Positions 8,519 through 17,222 of a stretch of DNA of 64,000 nucleotides are shown one piece after another. The notes below the pieces were generated by a model. That model ran no database searches. It saw nothing but the letters and a program-made list of their open reading frames with translations, and was not told the DNA's origin. Each line of letters starts with the position of its first letter. Position 1 is the stretch's first letter. Source of the stretch: a bacterium UBP6_UBA1177 (GTDB lineage: Bacteria; UBP6; UBA1177); contig DBYV01000042.1 in the NCBI GenBank assembly GCA_002310995.1, positions 17,683 through 81,682 on the forward strand. The letters run 5' to 3'. The position numbers and the translations under genes are program-made.

Positions 8519-9982
8519 ATGGGCACTGAAAAGGTAAGAACAAGATTCGCTCCGAGTCCGACCGGATATATGCATGTCGGAAATCTCAGAACGGCTCTTT
8601 ATGCTTGGCTTATTGCAAGAAAAAACCACGGAACTTTCGTTCTCAGAATTGAAGACACTGACCAGGAAAGAAAGATCGAAGGTGCTGTTGATCTGATTTA
8701 CAGAACTTTGGAAGAAACCGGTCTTGACCACGACGAAGGTCCAGATGTAGGCGGCGATTTCGGCCCTTACGTCCAGAGCGAGAGAATGGCTGCCGGAATT
8801 TATATGAAATATGCCGAGGAGCTGATAGAAAAAGGGTATGCCTACAGGTGTTTCTGCACGAAAGAGCGCCTTGACGACCTCAGAAAGCACTGCGAGGAGA
8901 ATCACGAGCAGACAAAGTACGACAGGCACTGCCTCAACCTTTCGAAAGAGGAGATCCAGAAAAATCTTGATGCCGGGATTCCTTATGTCATCAGACAGAA
9001 AATGCCCGATTCGGGAACGACTTCATTCCACGATGAAGTTTACGGAGATATCGAAGTCGAAAATTCAACAATGGATGATTTAATCTTAATAAAATCAGAT
9101 GGTTATCCCACTTACAACTTTGCAAACGTTGTTGATGACCACCTTATGGGAATTACCCACGTCGTCCGCGGAAGCGAATATTTGATCTCGACCCCGAAAT
9201 ACAACCTGCTTTATGATGCTTTCGGCTGGGAAAAACCGCATTATGTTCATGTTTCGCCTGTTATGAGGGACGCTCAGCGTAAACTTTCAAAGCGTGACGG
9301 AGATGCAAGCTATGCCGATTTCATTAACAAAGGCTGTCTTAAGGACGCGCTTCTGAATTATGTCGCGCTTCTCGGCTGGAACCCCGGAAACGACCGTGAA
9401 ATCTTTACTCTGCCTGAGCTTATCGAGGCTTTTGACATCAGCGGAATAGGCAAATCACCGGCAATTTTTGACGAAGTGAAACTCCGCTGGCTCAACAGTG
9501 AATACATCCGCGCAATGTCTCAGGACGAGTTCTTAAAGCACGCGATGCCTTTCATCAAGCAGGCTGTAAAGCGCGAGGATGTCAACTTCGATGTTATTGC
9601 TGCAGGACTTCACAAGAGAACGGAATATTTCAGCGACGTCATCCCTCAGCTTGATTTTGTCGATAAACTACCTGAATATTCGGCCGATCTCTACATCAAT
9701 AAAAAGATGAAGACTGACAAGGAAAATTCACTCCAGGCGTTGCTTCTTCTCAAGCCGGAACTTGAAAAATTCGAAGACTGGGACCATGAGAAACTTTACT
9801 ACAAAGTTGTCGATATCGCTGAAAAAGCAGGAATCAACAAAAAAGTTCTCCTATGGTCGATGCGTGTCGCACTCAGCGGCAAAGAGCTTACCCCGGGCGG
9901 CGGAAGCGACATCGCGGCGATAATCGGAAAAGAGGATTCGCTTAAGAGAATAGAGAAGGGAATCGAACTTCTTCAAAAATAG
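8519..9982 (+). CDS. gltX: glutamyl-tRNA synthetase
   Basis: HIGH motif (PSPTGYMHVGN) and KMSKS-like KLSKRDG. 487 aa class I GluRS architecture. Confidence 0.9.
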   Translation: MGTEKVRTRFAPSPTGYMHVGNLRTALYAWLIARKNHGTFVLRIEDTDQERKIEGAVDLIYRTLEETGLDHDEGPDVGGDFGPYVQSERMAAGIYMKYAEELIEKGYAYRCFCTKERLDDLRKHCEENHEQTKYDRHCLNLSKEEIQKNLDAGIPYVIRQKMPDSGTTSFHDEVYGDIEVENSTMDDLILIKSDGYPTYNFANVVDDHLMGITHVVRGSEYLISTPKYNLLYDAFGWEKPHYVHVSPVMRDAQRKLSKRDGDASYADFINKGCLKDALLNYVALLGWNPGNDREIFTLPELIEAFDISGIGKSPAIFDEVKLRWLNSEYIRAMSQDEFLKHAMPFIKQAVKREDVNFDVIAAGLHKRTEYFSDVIPQLDFVDKLPEYSADLYINKKMKTDKENSLQALLLLKPELEKFEDWDHEKLYYKVVDIAEKAGINKKVLLWSMRVALSGKELTPGGGSDIAAIIGKEDSLKRIEKGIELLQK

Positions 9983-10117
9983 TTTTTTAAATCATAATCA
10001 AAACGTTTCTGTTTTGTAATATCTTGATTTATATTTTTCTTATTTATATTTTAGCGCAACGATAGCGTCGCTGTTGTTCAACTATTTATTTACATTGAGT
10101 TTTTAGGAGATTGTATA

Positions 10118-10681
10118 ATGAATTACGGCGACAAAATAAAAATCATGCGTGAAAAACTTAACATTACGCAAAAATCAATGGCAGAAAGTTTAGGAATTTC
10201 ACAATCTTATCTTTGTGCTATCGAATCTGGAAAGATGCAGGCTAATGCAAAAGTCATCTTCGGGCTTGAAAGGATTTACGGTGTAAAAACTGAATGGCTG
10301 TCAGAAGGGGAAGAGAGTGTTTTTGGAAAAACGTCTTTATCTGTTGGTGAAAATAGAAGCCGCTACACTGCTTCTTTTATAGGCGAGATTGGTTCTTGGA
10401 TCGGTGAAGACAAACTGTTTCTTTTTAAAGTGACTAACGACAATATGGAACCTTGTTTTATGAAAGGCGACGAAGTTCTGGTCGATGTCTCAGATGCTCA
10501 TTTGAAAAATTACGGCGTATATCTTTTCGAAATCGAATCAAAAAATGAACTCAAACGCTTTGTTGACGGAGATTTTGCCAAGCTGACCAACGACAAGCCG
10601 AGAAAGAAAAATAATGACATAATTATGAACAGCTCGATAAAATGTTTGGGAAGAGCCGTCTGGCTTATAAGAAAATTGTAA
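10118..10681 (+). CDS. CI/LexA-like transcriptional repressor: N-terminal HTH_XRE + C-terminal S24-peptidase-like domain (catalytic Ser apparently replaced by Asn)
   Basis: LNITQKSMAESLGISQSYLCAIESGK helix-turn-helix. C-terminal ...VTNDNMEPCFMKGDEVLVDV...ELKRF aligns to the LexA/CI G(D/M)SM...GD...K motif with N in place of S. Confidence 0.7.
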   Translation: MNYGDKIKIMREKLNITQKSMAESLGISQSYLCAIESGKMQANAKVIFGLERIYGVKTEWLSEGEESVFGKTSLSVGENRSRYTASFIGEIGSWIGEDKLFLFKVTNDNMEPCFMKGDEVLVDVSDAHLKNYGVYLFEIESKNELKRFVDGDFAKLTNDKPRKKNNDIIMNSSIKCLGRAVWLIRKL

Positions 10682-10740
10682 AATCTTCTCTCGCATTTCA
10701 TAAAAAATTGAGTATAGTGCGGCGGTTTTTGTTTCGATGC

Positions 10741-10832
10741 GCCGTTTTCCTGTCGAAATGTCGAAATATCGAGATTTCGAAATATCGATGGCGCGAATCG
10801 AATTTCGAGGCGGCGAATCGATAATAACGAAG
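10741..10832. repeat. array of TCGAAAT(A/G)TCGA / GCGAATCGA(T) direct and inverted repeats between the repressor gene and the znuC-like gene
   Basis: tcgaaatgtcgaaatatcgagatttcgaaatatcgatggcgcgaatcgaatttcgaggcggcgaatcgat. TCGAAATATCGA is its own reverse complement except for the central A. Same words occur inside the TonB-like gene at 36290..36400. Confidence 0.7.
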
Positions 10833-10857
10833 GCTGCGGAAAAAAAGAGAGGCAATT

Positions 10858-11598
10858 TTGGACAAACCTGAAGTCATAAATTTTGACAAAGTTTCGTTTT
10901 TTTACGGAAAGAACGAGATTCTGCGCGATGTCACTTTTTCGGTTCACAAAGAGGATTTTTTTGCGATAATAGGTCCTAACGGCGGCGGAAAGACGACGAT
11001 TCTCCGCCTTATGCTCGGTTTTATCAAGCCAACAAGCGGCAAAATCACAGTTTTTGGTGAGGAGCCGGGCAGGAATTTCAAGAAAATAGCCTCTGTTCCG
11101 CAGTTTTCCTCCCATGACAGGCTTTTTCCAATAACGGTTGAAGAGGTTGTTCTTCAGGGTTTGATTAAATCGACTTCATTTCTTCCTTTTTACACTAAAA
11201 ACGAAAAGGAAAAGGCGGCCGATGCGATGAAAAAGCTTGGGATTCTGGACCGCGCAGGAGCCCGTTTCGGCGATTTGTCGGGTGGTCTTAAACAGCGCAC
11301 TCTGATTGCCAGGGCGATTGTGAGCGATCCCGAGATCCTTCTTCTTGATGAGCCTGTCGCGAGTGTTGACAGTTCGGTCGAAAAGGATATTTACGAGATG
11401 CTTTTAGATATGAACAAAAAAATCACGATCGTCATGGTGTCGCACGATATTGGCTTTGTGTCGAGTTTCGTGAATAAAATCGGCTGTGTGAACAAGATTT
11501 TTGTCGAGCACCATTCGAAAGACGAGATGTGTTGCTTAGAGGAGCATCACGCATACAGCGGAAAAACAACGATGATTCATCATAAGTGCGGGATTTAA
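10858..11598 (+). CDS. znuC: metal (Zn/Mn) ABC transporter ATP-binding protein, ZnuC-like; TTG start; His/Cys-rich C-terminal tail
   Basis: Walker A GPNGGGKTT, signature LSGGLKQR, Walker B LLLDEP. Tail HHSKDEMCCLEEHH...HHKCG. Sits immediately upstream of an ABC-3 permease. Confidence 0.7.
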   Translation: MDKPEVINFDKVSFFYGKNEILRDVTFSVHKEDFFAIIGPNGGGKTTILRLMLGFIKPTSGKITVFGEEPGRNFKKIASVPQFSSHDRLFPITVEEVVLQGLIKSTSFLPFYTKNEKEKAADAMKKLGILDRAGARFGDLSGGLKQRTLIARAIVSDPEILLLDEPVASVDSSVEKDIYEMLLDMNKKITIVMVSHDIGFVSSFVNKIGCVNKIFVEHHSKDEMCCLEEHHAYSGKTTMIHHKCGI

Positions 11599-12411
11599 AT
11601 GGATTTTTTTAGTGCGCTTTCGACATATTCATTTTTGCAGAATGCAGTTATTGCGGCACTTTTTGCGGCACTATCCTGCGGAATTTCAGGCACTTTTGTC
11701 TATGTCAACAGAATAACTTTTATTGCCGGAGGCATAGCTCACGCAGTTCTCGGAGGAGTAGGGGCGGCGGTTTATTTCGGCATTTCGCCATTTGCCGGAG
11801 CTGTTTTCACGGCGCTTCTTTTCGCTCTTCTGCTAGGAATTGTCAGGCTTAAAGCTTCCCAGCATGAGGACACGGTCATTGGCGCGATGTGGGCCTGCGG
11901 AATGTCGGCCGGAATAATTTTTATGTATCTGACTCCTGGATATGCCGTAAATCTCAACAACTATCTTTTCGGTAACATCCTCCTTGTTTCGAAAGGGGAC
12001 ATCACGGCGCTTTCGGTGCTTGCGGTGCTTGTAATTTTAATCAGCGCACTTTTTTTCAGGCAGTTCAAAGCTGTCAGTTTTGACGGCGAAAACGCAACTC
12101 TGCACGGCGTGAAATCGGAACTGATTTATATTCTCATGCTTTCGGTTATAGCGCTCACTGTCGTCGTTCTGATGAAAGTCGTCGGACTGATTCTGGTAAT
12201 CGCATTCATGAGTCTTCCTGCCGCAACTGCCGCTATTTTTCAGAGAAAAGTCGGCGGAATAATTATTCTTTCCATAATTCTGAGTTTCATTTTCAGCATT
12301 AGCGGGCTCTTTGTTTCGTACACTTGGAATCTGCCAACAGGAGCGGTTATCACTCTTATTTCCGGCGCGGTTTACGCTGTCGCGCTGCTTTGTTCAAAAT
12401 TATCCCGTTAG
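11599..12411 (+). CDS. znuB: metal ABC transporter permease (ABC-3 / ZnuB-like)
   Basis: 270 aa with 8 to 9 TM helices. Start codon directly follows the znuC stop. Confidence 0.7.
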   Translation: MDFFSALSTYSFLQNAVIAALFAALSCGISGTFVYVNRITFIAGGIAHAVLGGVGAAVYFGISPFAGAVFTALLFALLLGIVRLKASQHEDTVIGAMWACGMSAGIIFMYLTPGYAVNLNNYLFGNILLVSKGDITALSVLAVLVILISALFFRQFKAVSFDGENATLHGVKSELIYILMLSVIALTVVVLMKVVGLILVIAFMSLPAATAAIFQRKVGGIIILSIILSFIFSISGLFVSYTWNLPTGAVITLISGAVYAVALLCSKLSR

Positions 12412-12458
12412 GCGTCCCTGAAGTAGGGAAGCTGGCTCTCGAAGAGAGGCTGAAGGGT

Positions 12459-13079
12459 CTAACCTACGATTACAGGTTTGATTTTTCCGCCTGTTTTTTC
12501 AATCATTTCAGCGATGAATTTATCGACTGAAGCAATCGGGATTCTGACAGTGAGTGTACTTCCTGATTCTGTGTAAGTTGTTGATTTTATTTCTAAACCT
12601 TCAAATCTGCCGATATAGCTCATTGCGATTCCTGTGAAATCGAAAGGGACTTCGACGGAAAGTTCCTTTTTGATGATTACGGTTTCGATTTTTGCAGAAT
12701 CTAGAGCAATTCTCGCTGATGCGCCGTAAGTTCTTGTCAAACCCCCTGTTCCTAGTTTGATTCCGCCGTAATAACGGACACTTGTAACCAAAACATTGAA
12801 AAGTTCTTTCCGCAGAATTTCGTTGTATATCGGTAGTCCTGCCGTGCCGGAAGGTTCGCCGTCGTCACTGTAACGGAAAGTTGCGATTTCTCCTTCACCT
12901 AAAAGATAGGCAAAGCAGATGTGCGTGCAGTCGTAATGCTCTTTCCAGAGTTTTTTCACGTTTTCCTCGGCTTCCTCTTTTGTCAAAACAGGAAAGCACT
13001 GAGAAATAAAACGGCTGTTTTTCTCTTTTATTTCAATTGGTTGTGTCGGATCAAAGAGAGTTTTGTACTGTTCTATCAT
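12459..13079 (-). CDS. yigZ: IMPACT/YigZ family protein (UPF0029)
   Basis: KNSRFIS, SDDGEPSGTAGLPI and VTSVRYYGGIKLGTGGLTRTYG motifs of the YigZ N-terminal domain. Confidence 0.75.
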   Translation of the reverse strand: MIEQYKTLFDPTQPIEIKEKNSRFISQCFPVLTKEEAEENVKKLWKEHYDCTHICFAYLLGEGEIATFRYSDDGEPSGTAGLPIYNEILRKELFNVLVTSVRYYGGIKLGTGGLTRTYGASARIALDSAKIETVIIKKELSVEVPFDFTGIAMSYIGRFEGLEIKSTTYTESGSTLTVRIPIASVDKFIAEMIEKTGGKIKPVIVG

Positions 13080-13899
13080 TGTTCTTTTTTTCTTTCAAAG
13101 TCTCTTCTGACGGGAGGATCAGGATGCACATTCCGATCGTAAAAGTGATGATCGCGACGAGTTGCGAAGTTGAAAGCATGTTGTTGAAGAAAAGTCCGCG
13201 GTCATCGGCTCTGAAAAATTCGATTATGAAGCGGAAGGTGCCGTACATTGTGAGCCAGAGCCCAAGAAGTTCTCCGTCCTTTTTTTTGTGTTTGCGGAAG
13301 TAGAACCAGAGAACAAGGAAAATTGATGAGGTTACGAAAGTCGAGACTAACTGCGTCGGAAGGACGGGAAGAGGAAGATCTTTCAAATTCAGCAGAATGT
13401 CTCTTGCGAACTGGTTTTTTGCACTGAGGCCGTATCTCAGGAATGTTTCTGCAAAAGGAGAGGCTGAAATTTCGCCGAAGCAGCAGCCGTTGAGATAGCA
13501 TGCGAAACGTCCGACTCCGAGCCCGAAAGCAAGCCCCAGAATGTAGCAGTCAAGATATTTCATAAGAGGCGCTTTGTGTTTTGTGAACCACCATACTGCG
13601 GTTGGAAGACCGAAAATTACAGTGCCGTAAAAAGCTAAGCCGCCTTTCCAAAAAGCGAAAATCGCAAGCGGTTTCTGAACATAAATATCAAGAAATCCGT
13701 CAAAAACGACGTGCATTGCCCTTGCACCGACATAACCCATTGTCGTAGTGATTACAGCACCTTTGAGTGCCATTTTTATATCAAGTTTATTGCGTCTGAT
13801 CTCCCACCATGTGAGAATATTGCCGACGATGACGCAGAAAATGACGACAGCATAAAATGATGAAAAGGAAAAATCACCGATTGATATGGTCGGATGCAT
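13051..13899 (-). CDS. lgt: prolipoprotein diacylglyceryl transferase
   Basis: Polytopic membrane protein with the Lgt signature GVGRFACYLNGCCFGE. Start overlaps the lspA stop. Confidence 0.8.
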   Translation of the reverse strand: MHPTISIGDFSFSSFYAVVIFCVIVGNILTWWEIRRNKLDIKMALKGAVITTTMGYVGARAMHVVFDGFLDIYVQKPLAIFAFWKGGLAFYGTVIFGLPTAVWWFTKHKAPLMKYLDCYILGLAFGLGVGRFACYLNGCCFGEISASPFAETFLRYGLSAKNQFARDILLNLKDLPLPVLPTQLVSTFVTSSIFLVLWFYFRKHKKKDGELLGLWLTMYGTFRFIIEFFRADDRGLFFNNMLSTSQLVAIITFTIGMCILILPSEETLKEKKNNDRTVQNSL

Positions 13900-14441
13900 T
13901 ATTTTGCCTCTTTTTTGGCTTTCTGACGCTTCGGCTGGAGAAAAAGAAGTTCAAATGCGAGAAGGAAAATGGCTACAACAATTGCGACATCGGCAATGTT
14001 GAAAGTAGGCCAGTGATAAATTTCTCCTGCGTGCCAGTCGATGAAGTCGATTACAGCGAAACCTCTGAAAAAGCGGTCATAAAGGTTGCCGAACGCTCCG
14101 GCGATGATGAGCCCGTAGATGATTTTCATGAATTTAGTTTCGGCGAAAGCAAGCAGAAGATAAAGCACAAGAAGTGTGACAAGTGTAGAAAAACCTAAGA
14201 AAATCAGCTGTCTTACCGAATCTGGAAAATTCGCGCCGAGTCCCCACAAAGCCCCTTTGTTCTCAACATAGATGAAATTCCACCAGCTCTCGAAAACGAC
14301 GATTCCTTCTTTTCCTTTAAGCGTCAGAGCCCAGTTTTTGGTGAAAAAATCAATGAGAAAGACGGGAAGTGTGACTGTCAGGAGATATATCGAATTTTTC
14401 CAGTTTATTTTCGCCAGTTTCATAAATTTCTCCGACGTCAA
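13899..14441 (-). CDS. lspA: lipoprotein signal peptidase II
   Basis: NKGALWGL and FNIADVAI motifs. 180 aa with 4 TM helices. Directly upstream of lgt. Confidence 0.85.
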   Translation of the reverse strand: MTSEKFMKLAKINWKNSIYLLTVTLPVFLIDFFTKNWALTLKGKEGIVVFESWWNFIYVENKGALWGLGANFPDSVRQLIFLGFSTLVTLLVLYLLLAFAETKFMKIIYGLIIAGAFGNLYDRFFRGFAVIDFIDWHAGEIYHWPTFNIADVAIVVAIFLLAFELLFLQPKRQKAKKEAK

Positions 14442-14444
14442 AGT

Positions 14445-15509
14445 TTACTGAACCGGGCATGCGGTGAAACCAGAACCCAGCTGGCTTGTGATGTTGCCGC
14501 CGTATATCGGAGCATTTTCTGTGCTGTAGAGTTCAAGCTGAGAACCTGTGATAACGATTTTGCCGTCAGCTCCTGCAGCAGTATTCATCGTGTTTACGGT
14601 CAAAGTACCGACACCGAAAGCGTGGTAGCAGTCAACAGAATTGCCGTTAAGATCAACAACAAAAAGCTGAGCTGCATCTGTCGATTCTAAACCTACTGTA
14701 ATTTCGCCGACAGCAGCAGCATTAACATTGATTACAAGGATAACAGCCGGATTCAAAGCTGTCTGACCATTGTTTGCAAAAGGAGTCTGGAAAATCTGAA
14801 CCGCATAGTCCTGAAGTGCTGCATAGTAGTAAGCACCCTGAGCATCAGCCGGCTGGAGATTGCCGTTGGTTCCGAAAGTACCGGTTGCGAAATAGGACAT
14901 GTTTACCATGTCCTGGGTAAGCTGATTTCCATTGGTAATAATATAGTTAACGTTGACATTTATATCAGCATGACCGTACGGAGCCGGATAATCCTGGTTG
15001 CCTTCTTTACCTTCTTGTGAAATGCCGCATTTTGCCGATTCGGTCGGGCAGTTTTCAACGGAGCACTGTTGAGTCTGATTATTTGAGCAAGCTCCTGAGA
15101 AGCAGGCAGCCCATGCGTCATACTCAGCCTGAGCAGCTGCAGGAGCATTGGTATAACAAGCCTGAGCACATGTCTGATCGTTCTCTGCGCAGCCAAATAT
15201 GCACATAAAAATGTCTTTGCAGCCTGCGCTTGTGTCGCTATCACCGGTATCCGTGTCGGAAGTGTCCGATGTGTCTGAGGTATCTGAAGTGTCAGCCGTA
15301 TCAGCTGTGTCCGATGTGTCTGAGGTATCAGCCGTATCAGTTGTGTCCGACGTGTCTGTGGTATCAGCCGTATCAGTCGTATCAGTTGTGTCACCCGTAT
15401 CGCCGGTATCAATGTTATCGACGGCAGGTGTGAATTTAAGATTGTTGTCGCACGCAACAAACATGAAAAACGCTGCAAAAACAACAAAAAGCATAGATAA
15501 TTTTTTCAT
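14445..15509 (-). CDS. surface lipoprotein with hypervariable (D-T/S-x)n acidic repeat linker and Cys-rich module; paralog 1 of 3
   Basis: AGGAG RBS. Signal peptide MKKLSMLFVVFAAFFMFVACDN. About 60-residue DTxDTx repeat. C-terminal region is paralogous to the middle of the 15598..16974 product. Confidence 0.7.
   Translation of the reverse strand: MKKLSMLFVVFAAFFMFVACDNNLKFTPAVDNIDTGDTGDTTDTTDTADTTDTSDTTDTADTSDTSDTADTADTSDTSDTSDTSDTDTGDSDTSAGCKDIFMCIFGCAENDQTCAQACYTNAPAAAQAEYDAWAACFSGACSNNQTQQCSVENCPTESAKCGISQEGKEGNQDYPAPYGHADINVNVNYIITNGNQLTQDMVNMSYFATGTFGTNGNLQPADAQGAYYYAALQDYAVQIFQTPFANNGQTALNPAVILVINVNAAAVGEITVGLESTDAAQLFVVDLNGNSVDCYHAFGVGTLTVNTMNTAAGADGKIVITGSQLELYSTENAPIYGGNITSQLGSGFTACPVQ
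15232..15418. repeat. coding tandem repeat (9/18-bp units encoding DT[ST/AD]DT...) in lipoprotein paralog 1
   Basis: gtatc(a/c/g)g(a/c)(t/c)gtgtc units repeated about 20 times. Confidence 0.7.
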
Positions 15510-15597
15510 TTTTTTCTCCTTTAAAAAAAACAGCAAATTTTAACGGCAAATTTTAAGGATTTTTGAGGAAAAGACAAGAACTAATTTTTTTTAATTA

Positions 15598-16974
15598 TTA
15601 TTCGTCATCGCTGATGCAACGGACATAGCCTTCGTCTGAGTTATCGTTGGCGTAAACATCTGCACCAAGGAAATCAACTACCCAAGTGCTTTCATCTTCA
15701 TCAAGATAGGGTGATGATGACCAGAACCAGCCCTTTTCACCGAATATGCTGTGCCCGCCGTTTTGATCTTCACTGCATGAATAGCATGATTCTTCCTGAC
15801 AGTCGCTAGAAAGGCAGTATTCGTCGTTCTCATCACGGACGTCGCATGCGCCGTTTGGCATCTCCGTACCAGAACAATTTTGGATGAGAGTTCTGAGTTC
15901 GCTGATGGTAGGAACTCTCCACATTAAACCGCCTTCGGTGTTGTTTTCACAATATGTTGTTGCAGCATCGAAGTTCCCGTAATATTTTGAAGACCAGATG
16001 TAGCCTGTTTCGGGGTCTTCGCAGGGTGTTGCACTTCCAGGACCGCATTCAGGAAGAGCAATCTCTCCTTGCGGATCACAAACTGTTATACCATTGATCA
16101 TGGATGAAATATCACCGTTGCCGTTATAATTTTTCGGGCTGTAAAGAGAAATTTCGCCATTAAAAGAAAGAGGACCGTGATTGGAGATGTTACCTATCTT
16201 TATAATGGTTATAGAACCTTCGCCGAAGGCATGAATGCATGAAATCATGCCTGTGTTCCAGTTTAGATCAACAACATATAAAACACTCTGCGAGTATTCA
16301 TCGAGGATAGATGTCGAGAAAGTGCCGATACCTGCGTATTCTTCAGGAATATCGAGAATTACTAACGGGTTGCCTCCGAAATAATTATCACCTTGAACAT
16401 AAACAGGAAACTGCTGAACTTGAATGCTTGATCCTCTTTGTGCGTCTTCAGAATAGTAGGCCAGAGACTGAATTGCGTCAGCATCACTCGGTACAACTGA
16501 ATCCGAACCGTTGCCGTATGTTCCGGTTGCGAAAGCTGAGACAACTATACCGGCGTAACTATCATCATCATCGGACGCGTTTCTGATCTGATCAACCGCG
16601 AAGTCGAGAGAAAGAGAACCGTAAGGGGAATTGTAGTTAGGATCGGGTTCTATTGGGATTTCTGTGTCTCCTGTGTCGGAAGTGTCAGCTGTATCGGCGG
16701 TATCGGTTGTGTCAGAAGTATCAGAAGTGTTTGCTGTATCGGTGGTATCGGTTGTATCTCCTGTGTCGGAAGTGTCAGCTGTATCGGCGGTATCGGCTGT
16801 GTCAGTCGTGTCCGATGTGTCTGATGTGTCGGCACTATCAGATGTGTCAACTGTGTCAGTCGTGTCAGCGGTGTCTCCCAAATCGGATGAGTCAATAAAT
16901 TTAAGATTATTGTCGCACGCAACAAACATAAAAAACGTTGCAAAAACAACAAAAAGCATAAACAGTTTTTTCAT
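15598..16974 (-). CDS. surface lipoprotein with TD-repeat linker and C-terminal Fib_succ_major-like domain (WRVPTISELRTL...); paralog 2 of 3
   Basis: Signal peptide MKKLFMLFVVFATFFMFVACDN is near-identical to paralog 1. TD repeats present. C-terminal WRVPT..EL..L...GG...FW motif resembles the Fibrobacter succinogenes major paralogous domain. Confidence 0.7.
   Translation of the reverse strand: MKKLFMLFVVFATFFMFVACDNNLKFIDSSDLGDTADTTDTVDTSDSADTSDTSDTTDTADTADTADTSDTGDTTDTTDTANTSDTSDTTDTADTADTSDTGDTEIPIEPDPNYNSPYGSLSLDFAVDQIRNASDDDDSYAGIVVSAFATGTYGNGSDSVVPSDADAIQSLAYYSEDAQRGSSIQVQQFPVYVQGDNYFGGNPLVILDIPEEYAGIGTFSTSILDEYSQSVLYVVDLNWNTGMISCIHAFGEGSITIIKIGNISNHGPLSFNGEISLYSPKNYNGNGDISSMINGITVCDPQGEIALPECGPGSATPCEDPETGYIWSSKYYGNFDAATTYCENNTEGGLMWRVPTISELRTLIQNCSGTEMPNGACDVRDENDEYCLSSDCQEESCYSCSEDQNGGHSIFGEKGWFWSSSPYLDEDESTWVVDFLGADVYANDNSDEGYVRCISDDE
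16663..16888. repeat. coding TD tandem repeat in lipoprotein paralog 2
   Basis: Same gtatc.g..gtgtc unit family as 15232..15418. Confidence 0.7.
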
Positions 16975-17222
16975 TTCTGCCTCCTCATTAAAAAAAACAG
17001 TAAATTCTAGGAATTTTTGAGAAAAAAACAAGAATTCTGAATCTCTCATGTCATGTTGAAAACAGCTTAAACATCCCTGTCATCTTAAAGAATGTGAAAG
17101 ATCGCAGAGATTCTTCGTTCAGAATGAGGCAGACTGAACGCATACCTAGCTTTTACTCCAATTTTTTATTGTAAAAATGCGCTCTATGAGTAAAATTTAG
17201 CGCTTTTTTAAGGAGGTGTACC

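Noticed and set aside
8342-8929. 195-aa minus-strand ORF overlapping the gltX start
   Set aside because: It overlaps the N-terminal HIGH-motif region of gltX, has a low-complexity composition, and no homology signal.
10510-11115. 201-aa minus-strand ORF and 60-aa plus-strand ORF (10642-10824) spanning the repeat array upstream of znuC
   Set aside because: Both are generated by the TCGAAAT repeat array and overlap the repressor/znuC genes, with no start-site signals. The plus-frame translation (RNIEISKYR...) resembles the TonB linker only because the DNA repeat is shared.
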